DNA from: Pristiophorus japonicus
Lineage: Eukaryota
Length of the DNA: 64,000 bases
Assembly: GCF_044704955.1 (NCBI RefSeq)
Contig: NC_091981.1
Span: 142,662,001-142,726,000 of the forward strand
Direction of reading: 5' to 3'
The translations under genes and the position numbers were made by a program. The notes under the pieces were generated by a model, which worked only from the letters and a program-made list of their open reading frames with translations, made no database searches and had not been told where the DNA came from. Positions 49,616-62,247 of this stretch are shown here, piece by piece; the stretch's first letter is position 1; each line of letters opens with the position of its first letter.

Positions 49616-51663
49616 ATAGCATCAGCATTACTGTGATCAACATTACTTACATCTACCTTAGAGATAATGTTCTTAATTTCAAGTCTTGAGAGTTCTTGCT
49701 CAATTTTCTCCTCGAGTGCGTATGGTATGAGACGTGGCTTGCAGTAAACTGGTCTAGCGTCCTTCTGTACCCTGACACTTGCCTTGAAACCTTGAATTGG
49801 ACTGCCTGTTTCACGGAACGCCTTCAGGTATTGCTTGATGACATCATCCTTCGCAGCAAATCTCATTTCAACACAAAAATTCTCATTCCAATCCAGCTTC
49901 AGTGATCCCAAACAATTTCTACTTATTAAGGCAGGTTTGTCTCCTGACACTACTAAGAGACACAAGCTCTGAAAACGATCCTTGTATTTCACTGGCACGG
50001 TGATACATTCCACTACAGGGATTTGTTCTCCTGAGTAGCCTTGCAGCTCTATCTTTGACTTTTCCAGTGGAAAATCACTCAACTTGTCGAGATATAGTGA
50101 TTCTGGTACTTTGCTCACGGATGCACCAGTGTCGATTTCCATGGGTATCCTGGTTCCTGCAATGTCTACTTGGATGACGATACTTCACGAATCGCTATTA
50201 GTTACCCTCGTGCTCCTGATGACATGTATTTCCAGAACCTCCTCATCCTGTTGCTTCTCTTCAATGCTATGCAGTGTCTGATGATTTCTACTTTTAGCAT
50301 TGAACATTAGTTGACCCTTCAGTCGGCATGCCTTTGCAAGATGCCTAGTTTTCTTGTGGTAGAAACACTCTGCCTTCACATATGGACAGCTTTGAGCCAT
50401 GTGTTGTCCAGGCACTGATAGGATGACTTCAATGCTCTGTTACCTTGGCCAGTTGCTGAGGTCCTGGGGACCAACTGCCTTTTACTTTTAGCCTGAAGCT
50501 GATTCACCTCAGTTGTCTGACGACTGGAAATGGCACGAAATTATTGGGAGTATTGGTCAGCCATTTCCATCAACATAGCTGTCTGACAAGTTAAATCAAA
50601 AGTCAAGTTCGGAGTTGTCAACAACTTTTTTCTGATTGCTTTATTTTTCATCCCACAAACAAAGCAGTCATGCAATGCTCGGTCCAGAAATTTTCCAAAA
50701 TGAATGGATAGCTTTTTAAAAGCTACAATGTATTCGCTGATACTCTCGTCAATGAATTGATCTCATATTCCAAACTGATAACTTTCAACAAATTTTAGCG
50801 GCTCAGGACTGTAGTGCTGTTCTAACTTGGTTAGTACCTGTCAGTGGGATGTCCTGCGGCTTGATGGGAATAAGCACATTTTTCAGAGTTTCGTACACCT
50901 CGGGCTGCTTCAGTCAAGAAAATAGTCTAACATTAAATGGTTATGGTTTTTATCATTGGGGATTTCGAAGATACTATTTGTGGTGAAAAACATTTCTAGC
51001 CGCTCCACATATGCTCCGAAAGTTTCTTGGTCATGATGGAACTCACCCAAGCATCATGTTATTCCCATATGCACAGCCATCTGGACTCTGGCAGTTCAGA
51101 CAAGTGTGCTTGAAATGTACCTTGGATTTTTAGCTGTGCTGTAAAACAAAGAACCTCTCAAAGTCTCTCTTGTTTGGCTGAATGTTCCACCAACAGAAAT
51201 TTCAGCTAGGGAATCCAATTATGCCATCCTCGTCACCAATGTGATATATTCTTTATGGCATCACTAAGCACACTATACACAAGATGGCTCTGCAGGAACT
51301 TGTCACAAGATCCTTTTATTATATACATCATTAATTCCATTACCACAGTAGTCCACTAGGTGGAGCAGTAGTCCACTAGGGGAAGCTCTATATACACTAT
51401 CCACCACTGACACTCACCCTCCAATTTACAGTGCATTGACGCTAGCAGAGGAGGCGGCGCTGGAAATAAGCAGAGTTGCATAACTGCTGGCAGTGGGAAA
51501 TGAAGTGAGGGAGACCTCCCAGCAACCTGGTGACGAAATTAAAACTCATACAACCACATGGCATACATTCCATGTCAGTCTTGGTGACAATGTCAGCAGC
51601 CAATGAAATCTGATCATGTGCATCATGGTAACTTAAAGCAAGAGCTGAGGGAGGGTGACCTGG

Positions 51664-52390
51664 CACAGGAAGAAAGAATCATGTCAGCTTGCTGGGAATC
51701 TGGTGCACACATGTTTGATGATCTTTTTATGGTTGCAGGCAAGCTGCACATTGAGGGAGTGGAAGCCCTTATGGTTCACAAAAACTCCTAAGTGATTTAG
51801 GGGTACCTTGATGGTCACATGTGTGCAGCTGATGATGCCCTGCACCTGTAGGAAGCCAGCCAAAGCCGCAAAGCCGAGAGCCCGTTCAGAAACACTGGCT
51901 TCATCAGTGACAAAGTTTACATAATTGGCTGACTTGCGAAACATGGAATCGGTTTTCTACGTAATGTATTTGTGGGCGGCTGACTATGAAATCCTGGAAT
52001 TGTCTGCTGCTGATCCCTGGAAGGAGCCTGAGGTGAAGAAGTTGAGGGCAGTGGTGACTTTGACAGCCACTGGTAAAGCGTGTCCACCAGGTTCTCTGGG
52101 CAGGTCTTCTTCCAGCAAGCTACAAATGTCTGCCACGACCTGATGTGATAGCCTGAGCCTCCTGAGGCACTGCTATTCAGTCATGTACTGGAAGCCCATC
52201 CTCTGCCTATATACCCTGTGATGGGGGTATTGCCTCTGGCGAAGTGCACTCCTGTGCTCATCCCCTCTCTCCTGTGGAACAGTAGGTCAGTGATGAGAAG
52301 GCTGCTGCTGCTGCTGTTGGTGGTGTTGTTGTTGCTCGGGCTCATCTTAGTCCAAATCTGAAGTCCAAGGTGAAACAGCATAAGCAGCAT
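51664..52390 (-). pseudogene. HARBI1-like Harbinger transposase remnant
   Basis: FAALAGFLQVQGIISCTHV...VFVNHKGFHSLNVQLAC; upstream [20 protein letters not shown]. Confidence 0.82.
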
Positions 52391-52747
52391 CCATGCTGAT
52401 CTGATAGATGCCAGGTAACATGGAGGTCAGAGGCACAATACTCCAATATAGTGAGAGTCACTTCAATATAGTGAGAGTGGCTTCCAAGGTTGCAGAAATC
52501 ACCTGCAAATTCCTGAAAGCAAATTTTCTGCACCAATGATGTCAGCAAAAGCCTTTCTCTTAGGCAAGGGAGCAGGTATGAGGTGTGAGTATGTGATTAT
52601 TTCAACTGTCAATTGTTCAACTCACACAATGGCCCCGTGACTTCTCGCCTTCCTTTGGCAGGTGTCTTTCAGGAAGCTCGTGAATCCCGCGCACAAGCAG
52701 TAAAAGCTGAAACCTCACGTGAAAAAGCATCTTAGTGGTCTATTAAC

Positions 52748-55700
52748 TGTTGTGTATCTGTAAAGCATGCACTCCCATGTTCAGCCACCAGGGAGCTCAT
52801 CCCCTGAAGTCCCAAGGAATCCCAGCATCCCTTGGGAGCACTGTATATAACCCGGTCCCTAAGGCCTGTTCCTCACTCTGGAGTGCCTTAATAAAGACTG
52901 AGGTCACTGTTACTTTAACCTCCCTGTGTGCAGCCTCATCTGTGTTAGGAACACAATAACTGGCAACGAGAATACGAATCCAACGCAAAGATGCAGCAAA
53001 CTGTGGGCATCCTGGAGAAGTTCTCGGAGGGTGAGGACAGGGAAGCCTATGTCGAACGGCTAGACCAGTACTTTGTAGCCAACGAGTTGGACGGAGAAGG
53101 AAGCGCTGCAAAAAGGAGAGCGGTCCTCCTCACAGTCTGCGGGGCACCAACCGACAGCCTCATGAAGAATCTTCTGGCTCTGGTGAAACCCACAGATAAG
53201 TCGTATGAGGAGCTGTGTACACTGGTTCGGGAGCATCTTAACCAAAGGGAGAGCATGCTGATGGTGAGGTATCGGTTCTATACGTGCCAGCGATCTGAAG
53301 GTCAGGAAGTGGCGAGCTACGTCGCCGAGCTAAGGCGACTTGCAGGACAATGTGAATTTGATGGCTACCTGGAGCAAATGCTCAGAGACTTTTTTGTACT
53401 GGGAATTGGCCACGAAACCATCCTACAAAAACTTTTGACTGTAGAGACACCGACCCTCAGTAAGGTCATTGCGATAGCACAGGCGTTTATGTCCACCAGT
53501 GATAACACCAAACAAATCTCTCAGCACACAAGTGCGAGCAATGTTCATAGATTAATTGGAACTGTGTTTGCGAGAGAAATGTACAGGGCAGAACCCATGA
53601 GTCTGCAACTGCCAGCAGGCCTCAGGTGACCCAGATGACTCAGAGTCCCCAACAAAGGATGACTGCAAGGCAATTCACACCTTGTTGGCGTTGTGGAGGC
53701 TTTCATTCAGCCTATTCATGCCACTACAAAGGGTATGTTTGCAAGAGCTGTGGAACAATGGAGCACCTCCAACGAGCTTGCAAATGAGCTGCAAGCTCTG
53801 CAAAACCAGCTAACAACCACGTGGCAGAGGAAGATCGGTCCATGGTGGATCAAAACAATTTCGAGCCTCAGAGAGAGGAGGCAGATGCTGAAGTACACGG
53901 GCACATTTTCGATGAAATATCCACCTATAATGCTAAACCTAAAATTGAATGGCTTACCCATAGCCATGGAACTGGACACTGGTGCTCGCCAATCCATCAT
54001 GAGAAAAAAGATGTTTGAGAGACTGTGGTGAAACAAGGCATTCAGACCAGCCCTGAGCCCCATCCACACGAAACTGAGAACGTACACCAAAGAGCTTATC
54101 ACTGTCCTGGGCAGCGCCATGGTCAAGGTCACCTACGAGGGCATGGTGCACGAACTGCCACTCTGGATTGTCCCGGGCGATGGGCCCACACTGCTTGGAA
54201 GGAGCTGGCTGGGCAAAATCCGCTGGAACTGGGATGACATCAGAGCGCTATCACATGTCGATGAGGCCTCATGTACCCAGGTTCTTAACAAATTTCCTTC
54301 CGTTTTGAGCCAGGCATTGGAAACTTTTCCGGGGCGAAGGTGCGGATCTACTTCGTCCCAGAGGCACGACCCATTCACCACAAGGCGCGAGCGGTACCTC
54401 ACATGATGAGGGAGAGAGCGGAAATTGAGCTGGACAGGCTGCAACACGAGGGCATCATCACCCCAGTGGAATTCAGTGAGTGGGCCAGCCTGATTGTTCC
54501 AGTACTCAAAAGTGATGGCACGGTCAGGATTTGCGGCGATTATGAAGTAACTATTAATCGTTTATCGCTACAGGACCAATACCCGCTACATAAAACAGAT
54601 CACCTATTTGCGACGCTGGCAGGAGGCAAGACGTTCACCAAGCTCGACCTGACTTCGGCCTACATGACGTAAGAGCTGGAGAAGTCTTCGAAGGGTCTCA
54701 CCTGCATCAACACGCACAAGGGACAATTTGGAATTCGGTCGGCTGCAGCGATCTTCCAGAGAAACATGGAGTGCCTACTCAAGTCGGTACCACACACTGT
54801 GGTCTTTCAGGGCGACATATTGGTCACGGGTCGGGACACTGCCGAGCACCTACAAGACCTGGAGGAGGTCCTCTAGCGACTGGATCGCGTAGTGCTGCGG
54901 CTGAAGAGGTCAAAATGCATCTTCATGGCAACAGAAGTGGAGTTTTTGGGGAGAAAGATCGCAGCGGACGGCATTTGGCCCACAGACACCAAGACAGAAG
55001 CTATCAGGAACGCGCCCAGGCCACAGAACATCACAGAGCTGCGGTCGTTCCTGGGACTCAACGATTTTGGTAACTTCCTACCGGGATTAAGCACCCTTTT
55101 AGAGCCCCTACATATGTTATTGTGCAAAGGTGAGAACTGGGTATAGGGAAAAAGACAAGTAATTGCTTTTGAGAAAGCCAGAAACATTTTATGCTCCAAC
55201 AAGCTGCTTGTATTGTATAACCCGTGTAAAAGACTTATGCTAGCATGTGACGCGTCGTCGTACGGAGTCGGTTGTGTATTACAACAAGCTAACGTTGCGA
55301 GGAAGTTACAACCTGTCGTCTATGCTTCCAGGAGCTTGTCTAAGGCTGAGAGGGCCTACAGCATGATTGAGAAAGAGGCATTAGCGTGTGTGTTCGGGGT
55401 AAAGAAAATGCATCAGTTCCTGTTTGGCCTCAAATTTGAGCTGGAAACCGATCAAAGCCCCTCACATTCCTGTTTGCTGAAAACAAGGGGATAAATACTA
55501 ATGCCTCAGCCCGCATACAAAGGTGGGCACTCGTGCTATCAGCGTATAACTATACCATCCGCCACAGGCCAGGCACCGAGAACTGTGCGGATGCTCTCAG
55601 TCGGCTACCATTGCCCACAACGGGGGTGGAAATGGCGTAGCCTGCAAACTTGTTAATGGTGGTGCAGCCCGCAGACTTGTTGATGGTCATGGAAGCATTT

Positions 55701-57368
55701 GAAAATGATAAATCACCTGTCACGGCCCGCCAGATTAGGACTTGGACCAGCCAAGATCCTCTGCTGTCCCTAGTAAAAAACTGTGTACTGCATGGGAGCT
55801 GGGCCAGCATCCCCGATGAAATGCAAGAGCCAATCAAGCCATTCCAGTGGCGAAAGGACGAGCTGTCCATTCAGGCAGACTGCCTATTGTGGGGTAACCG
55901 CGTAGTGCAACCAAAAAAGGGCAGGGAGACGTTCGTCTCGGATCTCCACAGCACACACCCAGGTATAGTAATGATGAAAGCAATAGCCAGATCCAACGTG
56001 TGGTGGCCCGGTATCGACTCTGGCTTAGAGTCCTGTGTACGGCAATGCAGCGTATGTGCTTTGTTGAGCAACGCGCCCAGAGAGGCACCACTAAGTTTGT
56101 GGTCCTGGCCCTCAAGACCATGGTCGAGGATCCATGTCGACTAAGCGGGCCTGTTTCTCGGTAAAATGTTCCTGGTGGTGGTGGATGCTTTTTCAAAATG
56201 GATTGAATGTGAAATAATGTCGGGAAGCACCGCCACCGCCACCATTGAAAGCCTGAGGGCCATGTTTGCCACCCACGGCCTGCCTGACATACTGGTCAGT
56301 GACAATGGGCCATGTTTCACCAGTGCCGAATTTAAAGAATTCATGACCCGCAATGGGATCAAACATGTCAGCTCGGCCCCATTTAAAGCAGCCTCCAATG
56401 GGCAGGCAGAGCAGGCAGTACAAACCATCAAACAGAGCCTTAAACGAGTCACAGAAGGCTCACTCCAAACCCGCCTGTCCCAAGTACTGCTCAGCTACCG
56501 TACGAGACCCCACTCGCTCACAGAGGTGGCCCCGGCTGAGCTACTCATGAAAAGGACACTTAAAACCAGACTCTCGCTGGTTCACCCCAACCTGCATGAT
56601 CAGGTAGAGAGCAGGCAGCAGCAACAAAATGTAAACGATGGTCGCGCCACTGTGTCACGGGAAATTGATCTGAATGACCCTGTGTATGTGCTAAACTATG
56701 GACATGGTCCCAAGTGGATCACGGGCACAGTGATAGCTAAAGAAGGGAATAACGTGTTTGTAGCCAAACTAGGCAATGGACAAATTTGCAGAAAGCACCT
56801 GGACCAAACGGAGCTGTGGTTCAGACTGCCCAGAACAACCCACAGCAGACACCACCTTTTACGAGCCCACAACACACACCCAAAGGATCAACGACACCAC
56901 CCCGGACCAGGAAATCGAACCCATCACGCCCAACAGCCCAGCAAGGCCAGGCTCACCTAGCAGCGCCAACAAATAAGGGCCGAATGGCCTACTCCTGCAC
57001 CTATTTTCTATGTTTCTATGTAATATGCCAGCCCAGCGAGTGCACAGCCAACACACCAGAACAGACATTTGTACCGAGGCGGTCCACCAGGGAAAGAAAG
57101 ACTCCCGATCCCCTCACCTTGTAGTAGTTTTCACTTTGACTTTGGAGGGGGGAGTGCTGTTGTGTATCTGTAAAGCATGCACTCGCATGTTCCGCTACCA
57201 GGGAGCTCATCCCCTGAAGTCCCAAGGGATCCCAGCATCCCTTAGGAGCACTGTATATAAGCCGGCCCCTCAGGCCTGTTCCTCCCTCTGGAGTGTCTTA
57301 ATAAAGACTGAGATCACTGTTACTTTAACCTCCCTGTGTGCAGCCTCATCTGCGTTAGGAACACAATA
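52748..57368 (+). mobile_element. Full-length Gypsy provirus, degenerate; LTRs 52748-52958 and 57158-57368
   Basis: Two 211-bp LTRs (about 12 differences by eye), TSD TTAAC on both sides, PBS TGGCAACGAG, PPT ggaggggggag, and gag-PR-RT-RH-INT with stops and frameshifts. Confidence 0.96.
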
Positions 57369-57379
57369 TTAACGACCTC

Positions 57380-58587
57380 ATAATCCTGACCAATGCATCC
57401 ACCACACACCCAATCCCCGTCCGGACCGGGGTGAAGCAGGGCTGCATCATCGCGCCAACCCTCTTCTCGATCTGCCATGCTCCACCTCACACTCAACAAT
57501 CTCCTCGCTGGAGTGGAACTAAACTATAGAACCAATGGGAACATTTTCAACCTTCGTCGTCTCCAGGCCAGATCCAAGACCGTCCAATCTCTGTTGTCGA
57601 GCTACAGTACGTGGACGACACTTGTGTCTGCGCACATTCAGAGACTGAACTCCAAGTAATAGTCGATATCTTCACAGAGGCGTACGAATGCATGGGCCTT
57701 ACACTAAAAACCCGTAAGACAAAGGTCCTCCACCAACCTGACCCCGCCACACAGCACTGCCCTCAGTCATCAAGATCCATGGCGTGGCCCTGGACAACAT
57801 AGACCACTTTCCATGCCTTGGGAGCCTATCAGCAACAATAGCAGACATCGATGACGAGGTTCAACACCACCTCCAGTGTGCCAGCGCAGTCTTCAACCGT
57901 CTGAGGAAGAGTGTGTTTGAAGATCAGGCCCTCAAATCTGGCACCAAGGTCATTGTCTACAGGGCTGTAGTGATACCCACCCTCCTGTATACAGTAAACA
58001 ACTCAAATCGCTGGAGAAATATCACCAACGCTATCTCCACAAGATCCAGAAAATTCCCTGGAAGGACAGACGCACCAACATCAATGTCCTCGATCAGGCC
58101 AACATCCCCAGCATCGAACCACTGACCACACTCGACCAGCTCCATTGGGTGGGCCACATTGTTCGCATGCCTAACATGAGACTCCCAAAGCAAGCGCTCT
58201 ACTCGGAACTCCTACACGGCAAGCGAGTCCCAGGTGGGCAGAGGAAACGTTTCAAGGACACCCTCAAAGCCTCCTTGATAAATGCAATATCCCCACCGAC
58301 ACCTGGGAGTCCCTGGTCAAAGACCACCCTAAGTGGAGGAAGAGCACCCGGGACGGCGCTGAGCACCTCGATGCTCATCGCCGAGAGCATGCAGAAAGCA
58401 AGCGCAGGCAGTGGAAAGAGCGTGCGGCAAACCAGACTTCCCACCCACCCTTTCCTTCAATGGCTGTCTGCCCCACCTATGACAGAGACTGTAATTCCCA
58501 TATTGGACTGTTCAGTCACCTAAGAAATCACTTTTAGAGTGGAAGCAAGTCTTCCTCAATTTCGAGGGATTGCCTATGATGATGATG
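57380..58587 (+). mobile_element. RTE-clade LINE, 5'-truncated
   Basis: GVKQGCIIAPTLF, YVDDTCVCAHSE, VFEDQALKSGTK and GHIVRMPNMRLPKQ; (ATG)n tail. Confidence 0.88.
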
Positions 58588-59480
58588 AAATACTTCAATG
58601 ATGAAATACCTCTCCCGAGCGGATTTCTGGCGTGCTGAAAAGGCAGAAGTCGGTGGGATGAAGACGGTCAATTTCAACCCTTTTAACAACTCAGCCGCTC
58701 GCAAACCCACAGCCATTTCAAAGGGAAAATTCCGGCCACACTTTCAGAAACCAAACCCAAAACAACAAATTCAGTGTTTGCAGAGAACTCTTAGACCTAT
58801 GCCTCCCTTGTCCCCTCACTGATGACCGAGACCAGGAATTTACTAGTGTGCCAAATTCACAATCTAGAAATAGTAAAGTTTTAGAAAGACACATAAATAA
58901 CAAAAAGTAAAATCAGGATAGGGATAGGGACACTCATGGATACAAACAATAAACTCACAGGTAATGACAGTAAAATGGCTAAATATTATCTAATTACATT
59001 AGCTGCAGGATTTCAGCCACACATATTAAAAGAAGCTAGGGAAGAGATAGCCGATGCACCATTATATATACAGAAAAATTAATTGGAAAAGGGAATAGTG
59101 ACAGCTAATGTGATTCCTATATTTAAAAAGAACAAGTCCAAGGAATTATAGACCAAATAGATTAATGTTAGTGGTAAGAAAGTTAATGTAATTCTTTCTA
59201 TTATCCTTATTCAAAGATGTAATAGAAAAACATCTAGACACTGAAAATATAATAAAGAATAGTCAGTATGGATTTCAAAAGAGAACGTCATGCTTAACCA
59301 ACCTTACTGAATTCTTTGAAGAACAGAAAGGGTAGACAAGGGCATTGAAGTAGATGTAATATAGTTGTATTTTCAAAAGGCCTTCAATAAGGTACCGCAT
59401 AGTAGACTCATGACTAAGGGCAGAACATGTGGAGTCAGGGGACAAGTAGATAGCAACCTAGCTACAAAACAAAAAACAAT

Positions 59481-60095
59481 GGGCAGGTTTTTTGGCCCCT
59501 GTTAGTTCCCTGGAGAGGAGGCAATGACGGCAGCAAGCCCTTTTGGATGGGCGGCCAGCTTCCAACGTCCCGCCGGGACTTTCAAAGCTGGTTTCGGCAG
59601 AGCACGGAGCATTACCGTCAGAAGAGGGGAGCCGGTGTGCAACGCTCCTGGTTGTGACATTGGCTCGATTTGTGGCTACCGCCCAATCTGTAGTGCTCCA
59701 TAGAGCGACGTGCTGGGACCATCTGTGAAAGCGGACGGTCCAAGCTGTAGCGGCTGCTGTGAGGTAAGTAATGACAACCTCAGGCAAGTGTGATTGTTTT
59801 TATTTGCAATTTATATTGCGGTCGCGTGAGTTATTTATTGGGAATGTTTTTGGTGGGTTTTTTTAAGGTTTTTTTTTCTCCCCAGGCCTCTCAGAGTTCT
59901 CCGAGGTTGGCTGTTTAGCTCGGGATTTTCGCTTGCTTAACCGGCCTAGTGCCCTAAGAGAGGTGTGCAATGTCCCACACTCAGGGCCCAGCTGCCGAAT
60001 TTTGCTGACTGAAGCGCAAATTGTTCCCGGGCGCAAACTTTACCGCCCCGCCACTATTACCGCCCTGAAATGAGCAGAACCGAAAAATCCAGCCC
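59481..60095. mobile_element. Harbinger-like MITE (615 bp)
   Basis: TIRs GGGCAGGTTTTTTGG / CCGAAAAATCCAGCCC; interrupts the CR1. Confidence 0.7.
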
Positions 60096-60660
60096 ATAGA
60101 GTAGGGCCTAATGGTAGTTACTCAGATTGGCAAAAAGTAGGAATTAGTGATCCACAAGGATCAGTGCTGGGACCACAGTTGTTCACTATTCAGATGAATG
60201 ATTCTGCCTCCAGAATCGGAAGTACAATTTCAAAATTTGCGGATGACACCAAATTGGGGGTGTAGTTAATATAGGAGGACTGTGATAAATTACAGGAAGA
60301 CATCAATAAACTTGTAGAAGGGGTGAGTAATTGGCAAATGAACTTTAATATCGATAAGTATGAGTGGTACAATTTGGTAGGAAGAATAAAGAGGCCACAT
60401 GTTCCCTGGAAAATAAGTGTCTAAAAGGGGTAGAGGAAGTGAGAGATCTAGGGGTACAGATACATGAATCACTAAAAGTAGTGATGCAGGTTAATAAGGC
60501 CAAAAAAAGCAAACAAAGCACTGAGGTTAATTCTTAGCAGGATAGAATTGAAAATCAGAGAAGTTGTGTTATACAACCTTAATTAGCCCACACTTGGAGT
60601 ATAGTGAGCAGTTCTGGTGTTCATATTACAAAAAGGATATAGAGACACTGGAGAAGGTGC

Positions 60661-61764
60661 TGTAACCGGTTTTTGCAGTAACCAATAGGCCCCGCCGCAA
60701 TCGCCGGTTATTGTAAGTGGTTTCGCCCCGTCCGTAGCGAGCATGCAAACCCCCTTACAACAAGTTCTGGACGATAGGGATTACTGAGGACAGATTTGAA
60801 CACGGACAACGTTTTCTGGCTCACCCGTACAGTGTTTATTAAGGTTAACAAAGCCACCGCACTCGTATACAGTATAAGCGGTGTGTACACAACAGTACAG
60901 TTTACAATAGTACGACCCTGGCTTGTCCACCAAACCCCTGTCGTGCTGACTTACCACGACCTAAAGACACCCTCCCATGAACTAAACTATCACCGGATCC
61001 TTCCAACACTAAACCCTCTCTGGTTTGGTAAGAACATACAGGCACCCACTTTCCCAGCTAAATAATCTTGTGGGGTTGTAGGCTTGGCAATGCTCACCTA
61101 GATTGCCCTTGATCTTGCTTGCAGCTTCTTCCCGTACGTCTCGGCTACCTGGTTCCGTACCGGTTTTGCGGTATGCGAGTCCCAGTCTGAGTCGAAGTCC
61201 GTCTCGGTTGGAAAAGCAAGGCTCAGCTCCTCTTGATGTTCTGTTGTGGTGAGGGCAGGAGAGAGAGCTATCCAAAACGGCTCTCTGATATACCCCCCCA
61301 ATATACAGAACGCTGCCTGTGTTTTAATGGATGCAGGGCATGGTTTCCAGACTTTCTCCCAGGTTTAGATGGGTCATCCACTCGAGTCCTTTGTGGCCTC
61401 TTCCTGCCTTCCGGGGCCTAGCCTCTGTGGTAACAAAGGGTGCTTCAGGTTTGATGAATTCTTGATATGTTTTAATGTCCTCAATTGTCGGTGATGGCTT
61501 CGATCTGGTTTTGATCGCCCAGCCAATTTAACTTAACGAGCTCATCAGCTCAGAAACATTGAGTCGCCAGTCTCGTTATCCATGCTGTGGGAGTGGGCCT
61601 CTCGGGCCATTGTTCCCAAGGACAGTCCGTTAGCTTATGATTGCAACCTGGTTACGTCATCCACCTTCAGCTTGAGGGTTTTTTCATTGCTTCCCTCAAA
61701 CAGCCTGTCCAGTTTTTAATAAGGGTATATCTAAAAATCCATGGGCTCTGCACTGACTGCTACA
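60661..61764. mobile_element. Long solo LTR (1104 bp), family unassigned
   Basis: TGTAAC...GCTACA termini and a perfect 4-bp TSD GTGC. Removal restores the CR1 sequence ctggagaaggtgcaaa. Confidence 0.82.
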
Positions 61765-61991
61765 GTGCAAACAAGATTTACTAGAATAATATCAAAATTT
61801 AGGGGTTGTATCTATCAGAAATATTGTACAGGCTGTAGCTCTTTTCTGTAGAAAAGAGAAGACAGAAGGGTGACCTGATAGAGGTCTTTAAGATTATGAA
61901 AGCATTTGATGCGGTTGACATAGGGAAGATGATACCACTTACGGGGGAGACCATAACTAGGGGCCATAAATACAAGATAGTCATTAATAAA

Positions 61992-62247
61992 TGAGAAACT
62001 TCTTCACCCAGAGAGTGGTGAACCTGTGGAATTCTCGACCACAGAAAATTGTTGAGGCCAATTCACTAAATATATTCAAAAAGGAGTTAGATGTAGTCCT
62101 TACTACTAGGGGGATCAAGGGGTATGGCGAGAAAGCAGGAATGGGGTACTGAAGTTGCATGTTCAGCCATGAACTCATTGAATGGCGGTGCAGGCTCGAA
62201 GGGCCGAATGGCCTACTTCTGCACCTATTTTCTATGTTTCTATGTTT
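61992..62247 (+). mobile_element. Young CR1 3' end inserted in the older CR1
   Basis: Near-identical to the reverse complement of 36066-36330; (TTTCTATG)n tail. Confidence 0.9.

Larger units (their letters stand above)
43033..51396 (-). mobile_element. Second Gypsy family with both LTRs (43033-43203, 51240-51396), lacking RT/RNaseH, with nested elements
   Basis: LTR pair tgtgatatattcttt...ctctata(t)taca; TSD TTATC/CTATC; PBS complement CCATCCTCGTCACCA (tRNA-Ser(GCT)-like); PPT; gag zinc knuckle, PR MEIDTGAS, INT IVSDNGPQF. Confidence 0.85.
41976..58739. mobile_element. Large PIF/Harbinger element expanded to about 16.8 kb by nested insertions
   Basis: Left end GTGGTTTGAATTTTTACCTTTGA versus right-end reverse complement GTGGCCGGAATTTTCCCTTTGA. 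Myb exon at 42301 (+) and a convergent HARBI1-like transposase at about 51.7-52.4 kb (-). Confidence 0.65.
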
